DNA of 63,971 bases, counting the filler, from Reticulomyxa filosa (taxonomy: Eukaryota; Protista; Foraminifera): NCBI GenBank assembly GCA_000512085.1. It is 16 parts of 16 records of this genome, joined end to end, with 100 filler letters (N's around TTAATTAATTAA, not from the genome) between each part and the next. Parts side by side here need not be neighbours in the genome. Positions count along the whole stretch, not along the records: positions 9,728 to 13,055 come from ASPP01011290.1; positions 13,156 to 15,327 come from ASPP01008897.1; positions 15,428 to 21,293 come from ASPP01020343.1; positions 21,394 to 23,067 come from ASPP01019864.1; positions 23,168 to 26,596 come from ASPP01023828.1; 11 more parts are not named here. One strand, 5' to 3'. Position numbers and translations under genes: made by a program. Shown here piece after piece: positions 12,503 through 26,163 of this stretch (its first letter is position 1; each line of letters opens with the position of its first letter). The notes under the pieces were generated by a model. The model was not told where the DNA came from, did no database searches, and was given only the letters and a program-made list of their open reading frames with translations.

Positions 12503-14352
12503 TTTTCTTTCTCTTGTTTGTCATCACCACATTTTTTCTGAGGCCAAAACAAAAATTTAATTAAATCACAAAAAGACTACAAATTTGCTATTTCTGTTGA
12601 GGATTTTAAAAATTACTTTTTTGTCTATTGAATGGCAAAACCTTATTTCATAAATCATCATTTCTTTTATGAATGTCGCTTGTTGAACCAAAACTTAATA
12701 TTCTATTAAAATTTATCTCAATATTTATCAACCAAATGTTATTAATTAATGTCATTCTTGAAGAAGAAAGTCATTGCGACAAGATCTCTCAAAATAATTT
12801 AGAATACCGTTGAATAAACCAAAAGATTAACAGCCATTTTCTCTATTTCTTAACAAGAGCAAGCCGATCGAAAGCTTTGCAGTTTGTCGTCCTTATGAGA
12901 CATTATTTGAATTGGTTTGATAAAATAACTAATTAATTTATTCGTTTTCACAAAAGTGACTGAAATTATTCAAAGAGACATTTGTTGATATTATAAAATC
13001 GAAAATTTATTAAAATAAAAATTATTGTTATATGAGATTTTCTTTATGAAAAAAANNNNNNNNNNNNNNNNNNNNNNNNNNNNNNNNNNNNNNNNNNNNT
13101 TAATTAATTAANNNNNNNNNNNNNNNNNNNNNNNNNNNNNNNNNNNNNNNNNNNNGATATGTTTTAGGCGTTCAGTTTTCTTTGCAACTTACTGTATATA
13201 AAAGTTATTATGAATTACTATTATTTTAGACAAAAAACAAAGTACACAACAAACATATTTATATGAAATAGTACAAATGCTCTTGACAAAATAAATATTT
13301 TTTATTAATCTAATTATTAATATACAATTCTTCAAATTAAAGAAAGTATAATTATAATAATCAAAAGCATGACTTGAATTTGCAATTATTACCTTATTTG
13401 AAAGCTGTTTTATTTGATATTATAATTTGTTTCTGATATTCTGCTTTTTATTGCTTATTTCATCATATTGTGGGACGTTTGCTACTGATAAGAGACTTCA
13501 CTAAATGTAATATGAACAGGTTTACTCAAAAATAGATCGATTTTCGACAAAACAAAAGTAAATTAAATAAATGAAAGATGAATGATAAATAAAAGAAAGA
13601 GAAACAAACAAAGATTGAAGAAATTAGTGGAGAAGTTTAACACACTGGTGGCTCTCAACTATTTCATATTTCAGCTATCTGTAGTATACTTGCCATACAT
13701 ATTATTTTTTAATTGTATGTTTGAAAGTTTTCAAGTGCCTTTTTTTGAGATTTTGCTTAGTTAATTGTCATTTTGAAGTATACTTGCACACATATTATAT
13801 CATTTTGATTATTTAGTTGTAATCTTACAATATGTAGGAGAAGCTCCTATAAAGTAAAAGGGGCTGATTAGCCCCTGGTGGGTAAACTTTCCCCACTCTT
13901 CACAACAACCTTTCTTGTGTTTTCCTTTTACTCTTTCGTTATTGTTTTTGCCATTTCTTCTTTCTTTATTTAAATTACTTTGAGTTGTTGAAAATCTGCT
14001 CGAAAGAGTTTATCACTTTTCGTATTACATTTAGTGCAGTCTCCTTCCGCAGCAACAGCTCTTACAAATATACAAAATGTTCAACTAGTATAAAAATTTT
14101 ACTGGAAAAAAATTTATGTTCACAGACGTTATTGTTATAAACTTTGTTTTCAGATAACATTATCATTTTGTTTTGTTGAATTTAATCGAAAATATCACTT
14201 TTGAATAAATCTACAAAAACTTAACTATTTGCATTAGAACCAAGCTATTCTTTTTTTCCAAATATTTTTTGTTTGAAAACTTTTTGTCACGTTAACAAGT
14301 GACTGAAAACCTTTCGGGATATAGAAGTTCATTTTTTTTTTGCATTTCAGCC

Positions 14353-15262
14353 ATGAATTCACAACAGACATATCCAGGAGTTGCAAAAGTTCAATTCCAA
14401 GGAGAGCAAGGAGAAGTAGTGGCTTTTCCTTTCCGTTGTCCAGTTTCAGGTTCTTACCAAGCGCTGCTAAAATTTGTGAGGTCAAGAAGACCTAACTTGC
14501 CCCCTAATTTTTCGATTGAGTACAAGAATGAAAAAGTTTGGTTGGAAGGAGCGACATTTTATTCATTTATTTATTTATTTTTTTCATGCTGATTTATTTC
14601 TCTCCCCGCCTGTTTATAAAAGTGGGCAACAACGTGGTGATAATTGCACAAACAGGGAAGCATGGTGGCATGCAACAATAATGAAGACATTAAAGCGGCG
14701 TTTAAAGGAGCACAAGCATGTGGCAGGTCAACCCACTTTGTTGTCTGCATTGGAGCAGCAGTAAGTGATAGAATTTTTTTTTTTTTTTTTTGTATACGTA
14801 AAATGCAGTGGTCATAATTTTTTTTTAAAAAAAAAAGATTATTAATTTGTATAGTTTTATTATGAGAAATTGAACACATGCACTCGTACATACTACAACA
14901 GAACAAAAGCCAAGCAGATATTTCTGTCAAAAAAGAAAAAGCAGAAGGAGAAGAAGAAGACAAGAATGAATGGATATTGGATGAGTTCCAAGAACTTGGA
15001 AAGAACAATATTGATCAAAATAAAAAATGGGCCACTTCATCACAAATTGCCAATGCGACTACGATGAAGACGGAATTGAGGAACAACGATCAAGTCGGTG
15101 TGAAATCCTCCCACAATAGTAATCATTCATTATTGTCGTCCACAAGCAAAGCAAACAAAGATAACGTCGAACGGCCAACAGATCTAAACATCCAACCCAC
15201 CACGAACCAAGCGTTCGTCTCTGCAAATAATTTTTTGGATGGGCTGTGGGAGATTAACAGTG
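14353..15262 (+). CDS. PB1-domain protein, 3'-truncated; exons 14353-14535, 14656-14760, 14902-about 15262
   Basis: Spliced product ...VAKVQFQGE...FSIEYKNEK|GSMVACNNNEDIKAAF matches PB1 (basic K plus OPCA-like YxDxxGDxVxxxxxED); phase-0 GT-AG introns. Confidence 0.7.
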
Positions 15263-15479
15263 GTACACTACTTTATTAAATTTTTTTTTTTTTTTTGGGC
15301 TCTTCCCCTCTCAAAAAAAAAAAAAAANNNNNNNNNNNNNNNNNNNNNNNNNNNNNNNNNNNNNNNNNNNNTTAATTAATTAANNNNNNNNNNNNNNNNN
15401 NNNNNNNNNNNNNNNNNNNNNNNNNNNTAATAATATTAATAATAACAATAAAAACAAACGATTAAAACAAGTTCGACAC

Positions 15480-16157
15480 TTGTCGTGGGGAGATGGACTG
15501 TGGGATAACTCCAAAGTGAGCCAAATGTTTGATGTATCTCATGCTCGGCCTTGCTGTGACGGCACTCCACTCGTGTATGGCAATGGCATGGTCAATCCAC
15601 TCCAACCGCAAATGCACGCGCAAACGCAAGTGCCTTTTTCGCTGCCATGGCCCTTGCCACTTCCTTACCAGCAACCACCGCAGCCGCAGCACTTGAGTCA
15701 TCGTCACAATGCAAACTCCACACATCTTGCACAGAGCAAGAAGCTCTCCACATCCAATTACAATAACAAAGCCAAACTCAAACTCAATGGACGTACTCGC
15801 GCTACTTTGACCAATTCTTTCCATGTCAATACCAATACCAATACCAATACCAATACCAATACCAATACCAATACCAATGCCAATGCCAATAATACCAATG
15901 TCAATAATACCAATGCCAACGCCAAATCTTCTGTCATTGGGTCCACTCCTGTTCCGCAATCCAAAACATTGCTGACGTTTGCCAATGCCAATGTCAATGC
16001 CTCCAAGCAGCGACAAGAACATGACAGCGCAGATATCAATGGAAATGACACCACGCACAATTATGAAAGCGATGAAAAGAGTGACGGCGACAATGATTCA
16101 CAGATCTCTTTTCAAAATTCAAACGACACTGTTATCCGTTGCAAACAGCCCGTCTAA
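15480..16157 (+). CDS. Hypothetical low-complexity protein exon (Pro/Gln-rich and Asn-Thr/Asn-Ala repeats); possibly continues the PB1 gene
   Basis: Open frame of 225 aa with (AATACC)n coding repeat at about 15828-15880. Confidence 0.5.
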   Translation: MSWGDGLWDNSKVSQMFDVSHARPCCDGTPLVYGNGMVNPLQPQMHAQTQVPFSLPWPLPLPYQQPPQPQHLSHRHNANSTHLAQSKKLSTSNYNNKAKLKLNGRTRATLTNSFHVNTNTNTNTNTNTNTNTNANANNTNVNNTNANAKSSVIGSTPVPQSKTLLTFANANVNASKQRQEHDSADINGNDTTHNYESDEKSDGDNDSQISFQNSNDTVIRCKQPV

Positions 16158-19100
16158 CCTTTTTTTTTATTACGTATATGTGTGTGTGTGTGTGTGTGGT
16201 GTGTTTTGTATTTGTGGTGATTCACAACTCTCTTTGGAACAAATCAAGTGATTTTTGTTTGTTTTTTTTTTGTTCTCTTCCCTCTCCCCCTTTATAAACA
16301 ACTTTCAATTGTGTTCACGTCAATTTCAAATACTATTCTTTTTTTTTTGTTCATGTTTTTTTTACCTGTTTGAAATGTTTTCCAGTCAAGCATTTTCATC
16401 TTTACTCTCTCTTTTTTTCGTTGCTGATCCACGCACATTGCTCATAATCTTTTTTTTTTGATTATGAATTTTTATGCATGATATGTTTTTTTTTTTTTGT
16501 AGTAGTGATAAATGACTACAAAAAAAAAAGCAAGCCACATATTTAATTTTTTTTTTTAAAAATTAGACATATCGACTTTTTTCTTGACTTTTTTGCATTG
16601 TATGTGAGAGAAAGCAAGTTAAAAAAGACTTTTTATGTATGAGAAATAATCGCTCTTTACTATAATTGAAACGAAAAATCACGTGACTCCTTTTTTTCCC
16701 TTTTCAATAAACATTCGACCAAATGACAAAAAAAAAGAAAAAACTTGGATGAAGTTGATGTCTTGTTCCACAGGGGGTTGACGTTGGGTATCAAGCTTGT
16801 AAACTCTCCTTTTCAGGTGTCATTTCAATAACCACACAATCTCCAAACATTTTCATCTGCTATCTCTAGGCAATAGTTTGATTTATTTGTCGTTTTTTGT
16901 ATTGTACTTCAGTACGACATTGCACCGAAAATAAGAAATTGTCGACTTCAAACGGCTGTTTGAATCCAGGACATTATATTTATGGTAACTTGTCTGTATC
17001 TGAATTAAATCAGTCAATATCTTCATTTGTGCTAATTTGACCAAACCAACGATGAAACAATTGTTCTTTCACATTCCAGCTACGCAACTACATTGTTTGC
17101 AAGTACAATTTTTTTTTAAAATTGTGTAAATATTGAAGACAATATACACTTTATACAAAAATATAGATATATAATAATATGTCACAAGAAAAGACATAAT
17201 GTATAATTTAGTCAATGTTTGACAATAAAAATGAAGTTTATTTTTGACAGTTTTTTCAAAGAATTCTTATTTAAATCAAGCGAAGCGAAGCAAGCTATAA
17301 CTGGTAGTCGCTACAAACGTATCGTTTAGTATGAAAGACTATATAATATTCAAATTAGTAACGAGAATTTGTACATTTAAGTCTTTGATTCAAACTATAC
17401 TAGACAATATGTTTATTACATTTTGAAAAACTGAAAGTAGAAATATTCATTTTGAACACTGATCGATGTAATAGATATTGTTATTTCAATGACTTGGTAT
17501 TTTCGATTATCAAATTGGAAAAAGCAAGATAATACATTTCACTTAATCGCATAATACACAAATAGCAATCTCGCAAATTTATCTAACATTATATGTACAT
17601 ATATGTTATGCATCATAAAATAAAACGAAACGTAGTAAAAAAAGACTAGCTTGAAGAAAATTTTGTGTGGATGTCAAAATGCATTTATTATAAATCGTGA
17701 CATTGCTGACATAAATGCAGGTGACACATAATAACATTAGTATATTGACAGCAACTGAAGTGAACGTCCATTGGAAATTTCAGATCGAACTTTGGACTAG
17801 AATAGTCTTTGCGAAAGGCACAAGCGTTTTCAGAAAAGAAGTTTTTAACTATCGATTTTCCAAAGATAGCTGCAATATGTTCGTCAATACATTAGTCGTA
17901 CTTATGTAAATACATGACACTTGTGAACTGTTGTCCAACAACTCGTTCTAATAGATTGTTATTGTTACTCATTTACACTGGATATGAAATGGATAAATCT
18001 TTTTTTTTTGTATTTTCTGTCATTATTACAAAATCATACAAATACATAAAAAAAAAAATGGAAAAAGCATTTATGGAAATTTCATTATCGCTGCTGACTT
18101 CAATTCAATATAAACCACTTAGCTGTTGTTGTCACTAATAAAGCAATCTTGTAAGGTTATCGTTATATTTTCGTCATATCCTGGGTCAAGAATCAAATTC
18201 TTTTTTTTAAAAAACAAAAAAAACAAAACTGCAGGAAAACAGTGTTGAACGAGGACTCGATTTGAAGTGAAGTTGCAATGGTTGAGCTGCAGCCGAGCGA
18301 CTTGAGTGTCAAAGGGCAGCACAACAATCGCCCTGAGAATGAACACGTTGCCAACAAAGTGGGGTTTTCAAACAACATCACAACTGTTCATACATTGGAG
18401 AATTTATCCAAAATTGATTGTCTACCAAATGCATAGCCAAAAAAATCTCCTGCGTCCAGAGGCTATTCAATCACTTGAAACAAAAACTTGGACAGACACA
18501 TCACTTGACCTTCTAAGTGTTGGAGGATACACAATTTCAATTGTGTCAGTGGTACTGTCGAAACTTATGCTGGCTCTCCACATACACAAGGGTCCAGTGC
18601 CTCTAAAGACGAACTTTCAACATGTTTAGTCACATTTGCGAGAATACCAAGCAAAACGTACACCTTCAACAACAGGGCGTTTTTTGCAAAAGTGTTCATT
18701 GTTTTTACACTTTTAATCCAGTTTATTTTTACTGTTAAATTTTAAAAAACTCAAACATCATTCCGCTAGGGAAATACTTTTTTAAAGATTTTTTCTTTTT
18801 GTTGTGGGCGCGTTCAGTGTGTCGATTGTGCAACAAGGCAAAAAAAACAACTTAATTGACTTAAAAATACTATTCTTTGTGATAGACACATTTTGTTTGA
18901 TCAGGACGCTGTATTGAATTTTATCAATGCCCTTTTGCTGCTTCAGAACGCGACTGCGCTCACGGGGGGGGAAACATCAAATGCTATATCCATTTTTGAA
19001 AGACTTGATTAAGAGAGCAAAATTGAAATGGGGTGTTATAATGCCGCATCATCAGAAATAATCGAACCACTAGAGTCAATTGAAACTGAGGATGAACTAC

Positions 19101-19206
19101 CGATATATCTGGTAACAGCACTAATCTCACGAGGCAAACAAAGCGTGCATTAAATTCCGAATTATGACTTTTTTTTCCCCAAACAACATAAAAACAATAA
19201 AATAAG

Positions 19207-20280
19207 GCAAGCAAAGAGATAAATTTGATATTGGATAATTGGATCCGAGATCTGTCAATACAACAGGGATGGATTGACGAATTCGATCACATAGTCACAA
19301 AATATGTTGTATGTAATTATTTGTCTTTTGTTTATTATTATTATTTTTTTTCTCCCCTTACTGGCCGTGTCGTTGTTAATACCTAAAAATTGCAATAGAT
19401 TAAATGTTTTAGACATTCAAAAGCACTTCAAGGCCATTCGGATGCAGTGTTAAGCGTGAAGTTTTCATCAGATGGAACAAAACTTGTATCTTCATCATGG
19501 GATAAGACAGTTCGAGTATGGGACGTGGAATCAGGGAAACAAATTCAATTATTGGAAGGACATTCGCAATTTGTGTTTTATGCGCAATTTTCGCCAGATG
19601 AAACAATGATTGTTTCAGGGTCTAGCGACACCACAATTCGACTGTGGGATGTAAAATCAGGACAAACTGTAAAAATCTTAGAAGGACACACATGGATTGT
19701 CCTCAGAGCGCAATTTTCACCAGATGGAAAAACTATTTTGTCATCGTCATTTGATGGCACCGTTCGATTGTGGGATGCAATATCTGGGGAAGAAATTTTA
19801 CAGATTGAAGGATTCTCTTGTATCAATGATGTGAAATTTGCGCATAATGGCCTATCATTTGTATCGGCTTGTGATGACAATACAATCGGTATATGGGATG
19901 TGAAATCTGGACGAAATATAAGAAGATTGAAGGGCCATTTAGCAATGGTAAGTGCAGTAATATATTCTCCCGATGGTCAATTTATTGCATCTTGTTCAAA
20001 TGATAAAACTATTCGGATTTGGGATGCGGAATCGGGCAATCAATTGAAAGAATTAGAAGGACATTCAGAGGCTGTGTTGGATATCCAATATTGTCCAGAT
20101 GGTCGCACTATTGTATCTTGTTCAAGTGATAAAACAATACGTTTGTGGGACGTTGAGTCAGGGGCTCAGCTACAAGAGTTAGTTGGACATTCTAATCGTG
20201 TGTTAGGGCTAGATGTTTCACCAAGTGGTGATTTGATGGCTTCATGCTCTAATGACCGAATCATCCGACTATGGAAATGA
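19207..20280 (+). CDS. 7-bladed WD40 protein with lineage-specific leader exon (19207-19305) and WD exon (19399-20280); first exon uncertain
   Basis: Seven GH...WD repeats; upstream exon encodes EINLILDNWIRDLSIQQGWIDEFDHIVTKY; phase-0 intron 19306-19398. Confidence 0.9.
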
Positions 20281-21499
20281 CAGAAATTACACAACAGAAT
20301 ACATTCATGTTATCAATTTGCACAAACAGTAAAATATCAATAACAAGGTCAAACATCAGTTTGTGTGATTTCGAAACATTTTTTTGGTAGCATGCGCTTT
20401 CAACTATTACACTATCTTGAATGGCTAAAGTTTTTCAGAATTAAGTGAGAAAAGAGCAATAACAACTTACCAAGCACTAATCATCAAAACCAAACTAGCA
20501 TTGTCTTTTATGTCGTTTTTTGTATTTGTGCAAATAAAAATGATATTATATTAAAATGCAATCTCATATTGTAATATGTTATTTTTTGTGGAAAAAAAAA
20601 TTGTGTGATATATTTATTTTAAGGGTAAGTTTAATGCAAGGTGAAATAGTTTTGCTTTTTTAAAAAAATTTTAAATTTTATTACAATAGGATACATAACT
20701 TGGGCGTGTATAAAAAAAGGGATTCAAATATTGGTAGAACATTCACATAGAGTAGCAAGAATGAGCGACTGCTCGCTAGGATGTACAATTGCCTTGCGTT
20801 ACTCAGCAGCAATTATTTTATAACGATAATAATCTTCTCTAGATATACTTATTCACAATATTTCTCATAACCGAATTATCATTATCAATTCTTCTAATTT
20901 CTGAATTTTTGTATAAATGCTGATGAAAATATATGGTGTTTAATATATAATCTACAAAAAAATTTCCCTAAATCGATTCTTGAAAAAATTGAAATTTTTT
21001 GATAAAACATTAATCTTGAAGAATCTGTAACGTATTGGCTTTTAATAATATTCTTTTGGTTCTTGATTTACCATTTAATTGAACTTCAATAATTTATAGT
21101 GTTTGTCCAAATTATACTGTTAGACGATTTTATTCTATTGAATTGCTTTTGTATTAAAATCTGATCTCTTTTTATATTTCATTCCAACAATAATACAGTA
21201 AGATAAAAAAGAAAGTTGACACCTAAAATGCCACTTTTAGAGATGATTGTGTTTCTCCATGAAAAAACAACATTTAATCAAAATTTTTTTATTNNNNNNN
21301 NNNNNNNNNNNNNNNNNNNNNNNNNNNNNNNNNNNNNTTAATTAATTAANNNNNNNNNNNNNNNNNNNNNNNNNNNNNNNNNNNNNNNNNNNNATATATA
21401 TATATATGTATATGTGTATATATACCTACACATAAATATGTACATACAACTATAAATATATGTATACGTATAAACATATATGTATATAAGTTGAAACTG

Positions 21500-22331
21500 T
21501 GCCTTTGTGATTGAAAATGCCGACTGTAATGACCAAACATAATCAATGGCTGGGCGATGCACACCACGCCGACGATGGCGACAAAGAGCGACAGGAAATG
21601 TATGCGTGTGATAGGCTCGTGTAAGAAGAGCTTAGCGGTGAAGGCGGTGAAAATGGGGGCGAGCCCCCAAATGGCGAGAGCGTCTCCAATGGGCAGTACA
21701 CTCACGCTCAGGAAAAATAACAATGCCACAATTCCGCCAAAAGTGGTCAGCGCGAGCAGATAAATGCCGATCTTCCAAGTCATTTCCTCTCGAATGAACT
21801 TGAGGTGACCCCGTTCCGGGTTCAATTGATCATTTGATTGATTGCCTTCGTCGTCCTCATTGTCGTCGTCACTCTCATCGTTCACTACTGCTCTTCCGTC
21901 CTTTGAACGGCTTGTTTGAGCTGCTGATTTGGATTGGTCTTTTTTTGTTTTGCAATAATTCTGTTTTATGTCGTTACTCACTACTGATAGTGTCACTAGT
22001 AGCACTTGAATCACACTTTTTATACCAGTTGATTCGATACTTCCGTAGTTATAGCTGTTGTGCGCTACTGCTATACATACACTCATCCACGAATAGATAA
22101 ACCCGCTAAATAACATTACTGCTACCCCGTAAAGCGTCCCCTTTTCCTTTTTTTTATCTTTCTCTTTTTTTGTGTCTCCTCTATCCGATCTAAATCTTTC
22201 TCTTTGTCCTTGTCTACTTCTGCCGCTCCTGAAGGCTTTGACGATACTAGTTCGATCCCATTCCTTATATTTCCATCCAATTCCGAAGGCTGATGGGGTG
22301 ATCCAGATTTATCTGAGGAAGGAGAACGCAT
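21500..22331 (-). CDS. EamA/DMT-family (SLC35G-like) transporter, 3'-truncated; frameshift near 22125
   Basis: LPIGDALAIWGLAPIFTAFTAKLFLHEPI...GVVCIAQP is the EamA signature; one extra G joins ORF 22122-22331 to ORF 21346-22116. Confidence 0.82.
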
Positions 22332-22567
22332 TATTAGTGTTTAAGGGGCAGGACGAGATCGGAAAAAAATTTAGAACTACACGGTAGTCCGATTTTCCTT
22401 TGTTAAAAGTGAAAATTCAATTTTAATGGAGAACATGTTTTGAAAAAATTGTTAACAGATCCAAAGATACATAGTTTTGCAATCGAAGCTGTAAATAGTT
22501 TTAAACAATTTCTTTTCCAAACAACACTGCTACCCTTTTTTTTCTCTCCCCCCCCCTCAAAAAAAAG

Positions 22568-22991
22568 ATGAATAGATCTCAAATTCTATCGGTACCTACA
22601 GTGTTTTTATCATTATTATCAATATTTTGTGCGTTTTATGTCTGTATTTCCGCAATCAAACTACTTCGAAGTTCGAGAATATATCAAAATAAAGGAATGT
22701 TTCTACAAAACGTGTTGCTGATGTCACTGTGCGATGGATTGAACTCACTATATTTTGTGGCAAACTGGATACCAAGTGCACTGACAATTTTCGGGAAAGA
22801 AAAAGACGCGTGGTGGCATTACAGAGGGGGAGTTTGTAAAGGGATGGCAATTTTCCATCAGTTTATGAACGTAGTGAGCGCACTATTACATTCGCTCGTG
22901 GCCCTGTCATTGTTGTATTTGATATCAGGGCGTCCATTGTCCAAGCTCGTAAAAAACAAATTCAAATTATTTGTCTTTATTGCGATTATCG
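22568..22991 (+). CDS. 7TM G-protein-coupled receptor, cAMP-receptor/Git3-like; first exon, partial
   Basis: TM1 (LSLLSIFCAFYV), TM2 with SLCD, Cys at the start of TM3 (VCKGMAIFHQFM), start of TM4; donor GTAAAA at 22992. Confidence 0.68.
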
Positions 22992-23032
22992 GTAAAAAAA
23001 AAAAGCTGTACATACATATATAAATATATACA

Positions 23033-23067
<35 letters not shown>

Positions 23068-23216
23068 NNNNNNNNNNNNNNNNNNNNNNNNNNNNNNNNN
23101 NNNNNNNNNNNTTAATTAATTAANNNNNNNNNNNNNNNNNNNNNNNNNNNNNNNNNNNNNNNNNNNNAACAAAAAAAGATCCAAGTTTAAAAATGTGTAA
23201 TGTTTCGTGTTGTTTG

Positions 23217-24626
23217 TTAAGATTCTTCAGAAGTAGTCATTCTACCAATGACGGATTGAATTTGCTTTGAATCATAAACAGTCCATTTTTTGCTTTCGGC
23301 GGACACCAAAGCAAATTCAATGTTATCAGTTCCAATTTTAGCCTCCATGACTTGTTTCAGTATTTCAGCAGCCAAGTCTTCGGCTTCTCTCAAAGACATA
23401 GATTTGGCGTATCTTTCACGCAATACTGTCATAGCACTTTCTCCACCAGCGCCAACAGCTACTGCCAAATATTTCACAATTGTTCCCGATGGGTCAATGA
23501 CATACAATGAAGGACCATTTTCATCCACTCCTGCCAAGAGTATTGCTACGCCAAAAGGACGGGACTAGTTGGACAAAAGTAATAAACAAACAAAACAAAA
23601 AACCCCCTCCCTCCTTGTTATTCAATTTCGAGATCTGCAATTGTATACATACACATATACATGTATATATATATATGTATATATATATTATACATTTAAA
23701 TCTATTATATTATATCCTATCCTATTTTTATTTTTTTTTAATAAAAAAGCATACCATTTTTTTATGGCCGTTGTCATCGTCATCATCATCGTCATCAGTG
23801 CCAGCAAAACTCATCATATAATCAGCAACCGTGCGAGTGAGCGATTTGACGGGCATAGGTTCATCATATGTGAACCAGTAATTCTATTTCATAATCAGAG
23901 ATTGATTTATTTATAACACTCCAATCAACATCAACAAATAAAATAAAAAAATTTTATAAACTTGTGCTTGAACACGGGCAAAATCCACCAAAGTTCGCCC
24001 GTCTGCTTGCAGGCCAGAATACACAGCTCCAACATCTGTTTTTTTATTTAATTAATTTATTTATTTAGAGCTTGCCATGTGGAAATAACGTTTTCACATT
24101 TTTTTTATTCAAGGAGTTTTATCTTTGCATACAAACAACAGCAGGGAGTTTTTGCAACCCCCCTTCTCTCCTAAAAAAAAAAAAGTTCTCACAACAAAAG
24201 AAAATACAACATAACGCTTGTCAATTTCAAATACTTTCGGCATGGAGGAACTTACCATTAGCTTCGATTCAACACGCTTTTCAACTGCTAATAACACACC
24301 ATCTTTGGTTTGAATACCGATTGCAGTGGAACCCAACTGGTTACACAATTATAAAAAAAAAAAAAAAATTTTTTTTTTGTAGTTGTATTTGAGCAAAATT
24401 TTTTTGTCATGCCAAAATTGATGCATAACTTTTATTGCCTCCAATGCATACTCGACTTGAAACAAACGCCCCTCGGGACTGAATGTATTGACACCGTAGT
24501 CTAATCTTTATTGTTGTGTGTTTGTGTATGATATTGTTTTCTCATCCCCTTTATTGTTATTTTTTTTGCTCCTTGACCCTCCCTAGAAGTCATAATTCCA
24601 TACACTCACCTATTGGAAGTGAACAT
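23217..24626 (-). CDS. PSMA5: 20S proteasome subunit alpha type-5, multi-exon
   Basis: [22 protein letters not shown]|[22 protein letters not shown]...[21 protein letters not shown]...ILKQVME are alpha-5 motifs spread across GT-AG-bounded exons. Confidence 0.93.
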
Positions 24627-25104
24627 GTTTCAATATTCCCAGTTGATGATATTTTTTTTTGTTGTCTATGTCCCCTTGTACTTTTTTATTAAACTTTAAA
24701 ATATTTCTGTACAATTGTACATACTTTTTCAGACAAAAAAGTATATTTTACCCATGTTGATAAAAAAAATCTGTTTGTGTAATCTTAGGAATGGAAATAT
24801 TTCTTTTGTATTACTTTAGGAGATTAAAAAGGATACCGCGCTAGAAAAACAAACATAAAAAAATTTACAAAAAGAGATTATTACAAGCAATAGAATTTTT
24901 TTGAACATTTATTAAATTTTTATACGCTTATGTTTATATACTGCTAATACTTCTCTTCATCTAACATCCAACTATTTTTTTTTACAAGGAAATTAAAAAA
25001 AAAATTAACGAATGTGATGTCTTTCGTTTTCTTGGATATAAAATTCAAATTCTTTTGAAAATATATATATTATTCTTTCAAATAGAAATTTTATCATTTT
25101 AATT

Positions 25105-26163
25105 TCACATTTATAAAGTCTAATTTATTTTTATTTTATTTTTTCAAATATTACTTTTTATATTATTTAAACAACGTCGTTTAAGATATATTGATTTTTG
25201 AGAAAAATTGACGGAGAATAAATTTTCACAAAGCGCCTTGCAAGCGATCCAAATTTTGTTTTTATTTTTTTACGAAGATGGGTTTGAAGACAGTTCGAAA
25301 CTTAAAATTTAAAAATTTTATTTTTTAAAATTTTCTTGCCAATTAAAAAAAAGTGAAAATGTTTTCATATAGGGGATTGTAGAAAAAAAAAAGAATTTAA
25401 CTAAAAAGGAAAGACGAATAAAGAAGATATAGCAATATAAAGAGCGCATGACCGAATCAAATAGGAAAAGCGAATATGTGTTGTCAAACATCTTTGTTCT
25501 CTCCATACATGTGTGTATGAACAAAGAGGCAGGTCATGCCATTATATATCAATCATCAAATTTAAGCACATATCCCCAAAGGAACAAAATCAATTGCCAC
25601 AAGAAAAAAATGACATAAAAAAAAGTAAAAAAGAAAAAGCAATCAATTTTAATGTCTGTGTGTATGTTGTACACAAAACATAGATTGACTCTAAAGTCAC
25701 CGTGCAATTGTAGCGTCTGTAAGAAGGGTTTTGGATCTGTTACGTTGCTACATTGTTCACAAGTTTCTATCTGTTGATCATTTACGACAGTCTTTGACTG
25801 GTGCGACGAGTTACATTTACAATACATATAAATGTTTTTTTCTTTTTTAGTGTGTAAAATATTCGAATGATAATTTTTAATAGCTTTTTTCTATGTATTT
25901 TTTCAATGATTAATGTGAAAATTCAATTTCTGACATAAATTCCATCAACTATTTCACTATTTTATGTTTTAAACATTTTTATTGCTATTCCTCACTTTTA
26001 TTCATTAGCACACGCTTGCAAGACGCTTTGTGAAAATTTGTTCTCCTTCAATTTTTACGGATTTGCCAAAAATCAATTTATCTTAAAAAGCGTTGATGTT
26101 TGAATAATATCAAAAGTAATATTTGAAAAAACAAATAACAATAAATTGGAGTTTATACATTTG
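25105..26163. repeat. Long imperfect inverted repeat (about 25105-25246 and 26013-26163) enclosing about 770 nt; possible MITE/foldback element
   Basis: TTTTCAAATATTACTTTT...AAATTTTCACAAAGCGCCTTGCAAGCG is matched by the reverse complement of CGCTTGCAAGACGCTTTGTGAAAATTT...AAAAGTAATATTTGAAAA. Confidence 0.75.

Noticed and set aside
13850-13868. U5 snRNA loop I (GCCUUUUAC-like) on the minus strand
   Set aside because: The sequence is CCCCTTTTAC without the closing stem or an Sm site, so it is not U5.
18119-18700. Short ORFs in a slightly GC-richer patch upstream of the first WD40 gene
   Set aside because: No motif is recognisable in any frame; likely decayed sequence.
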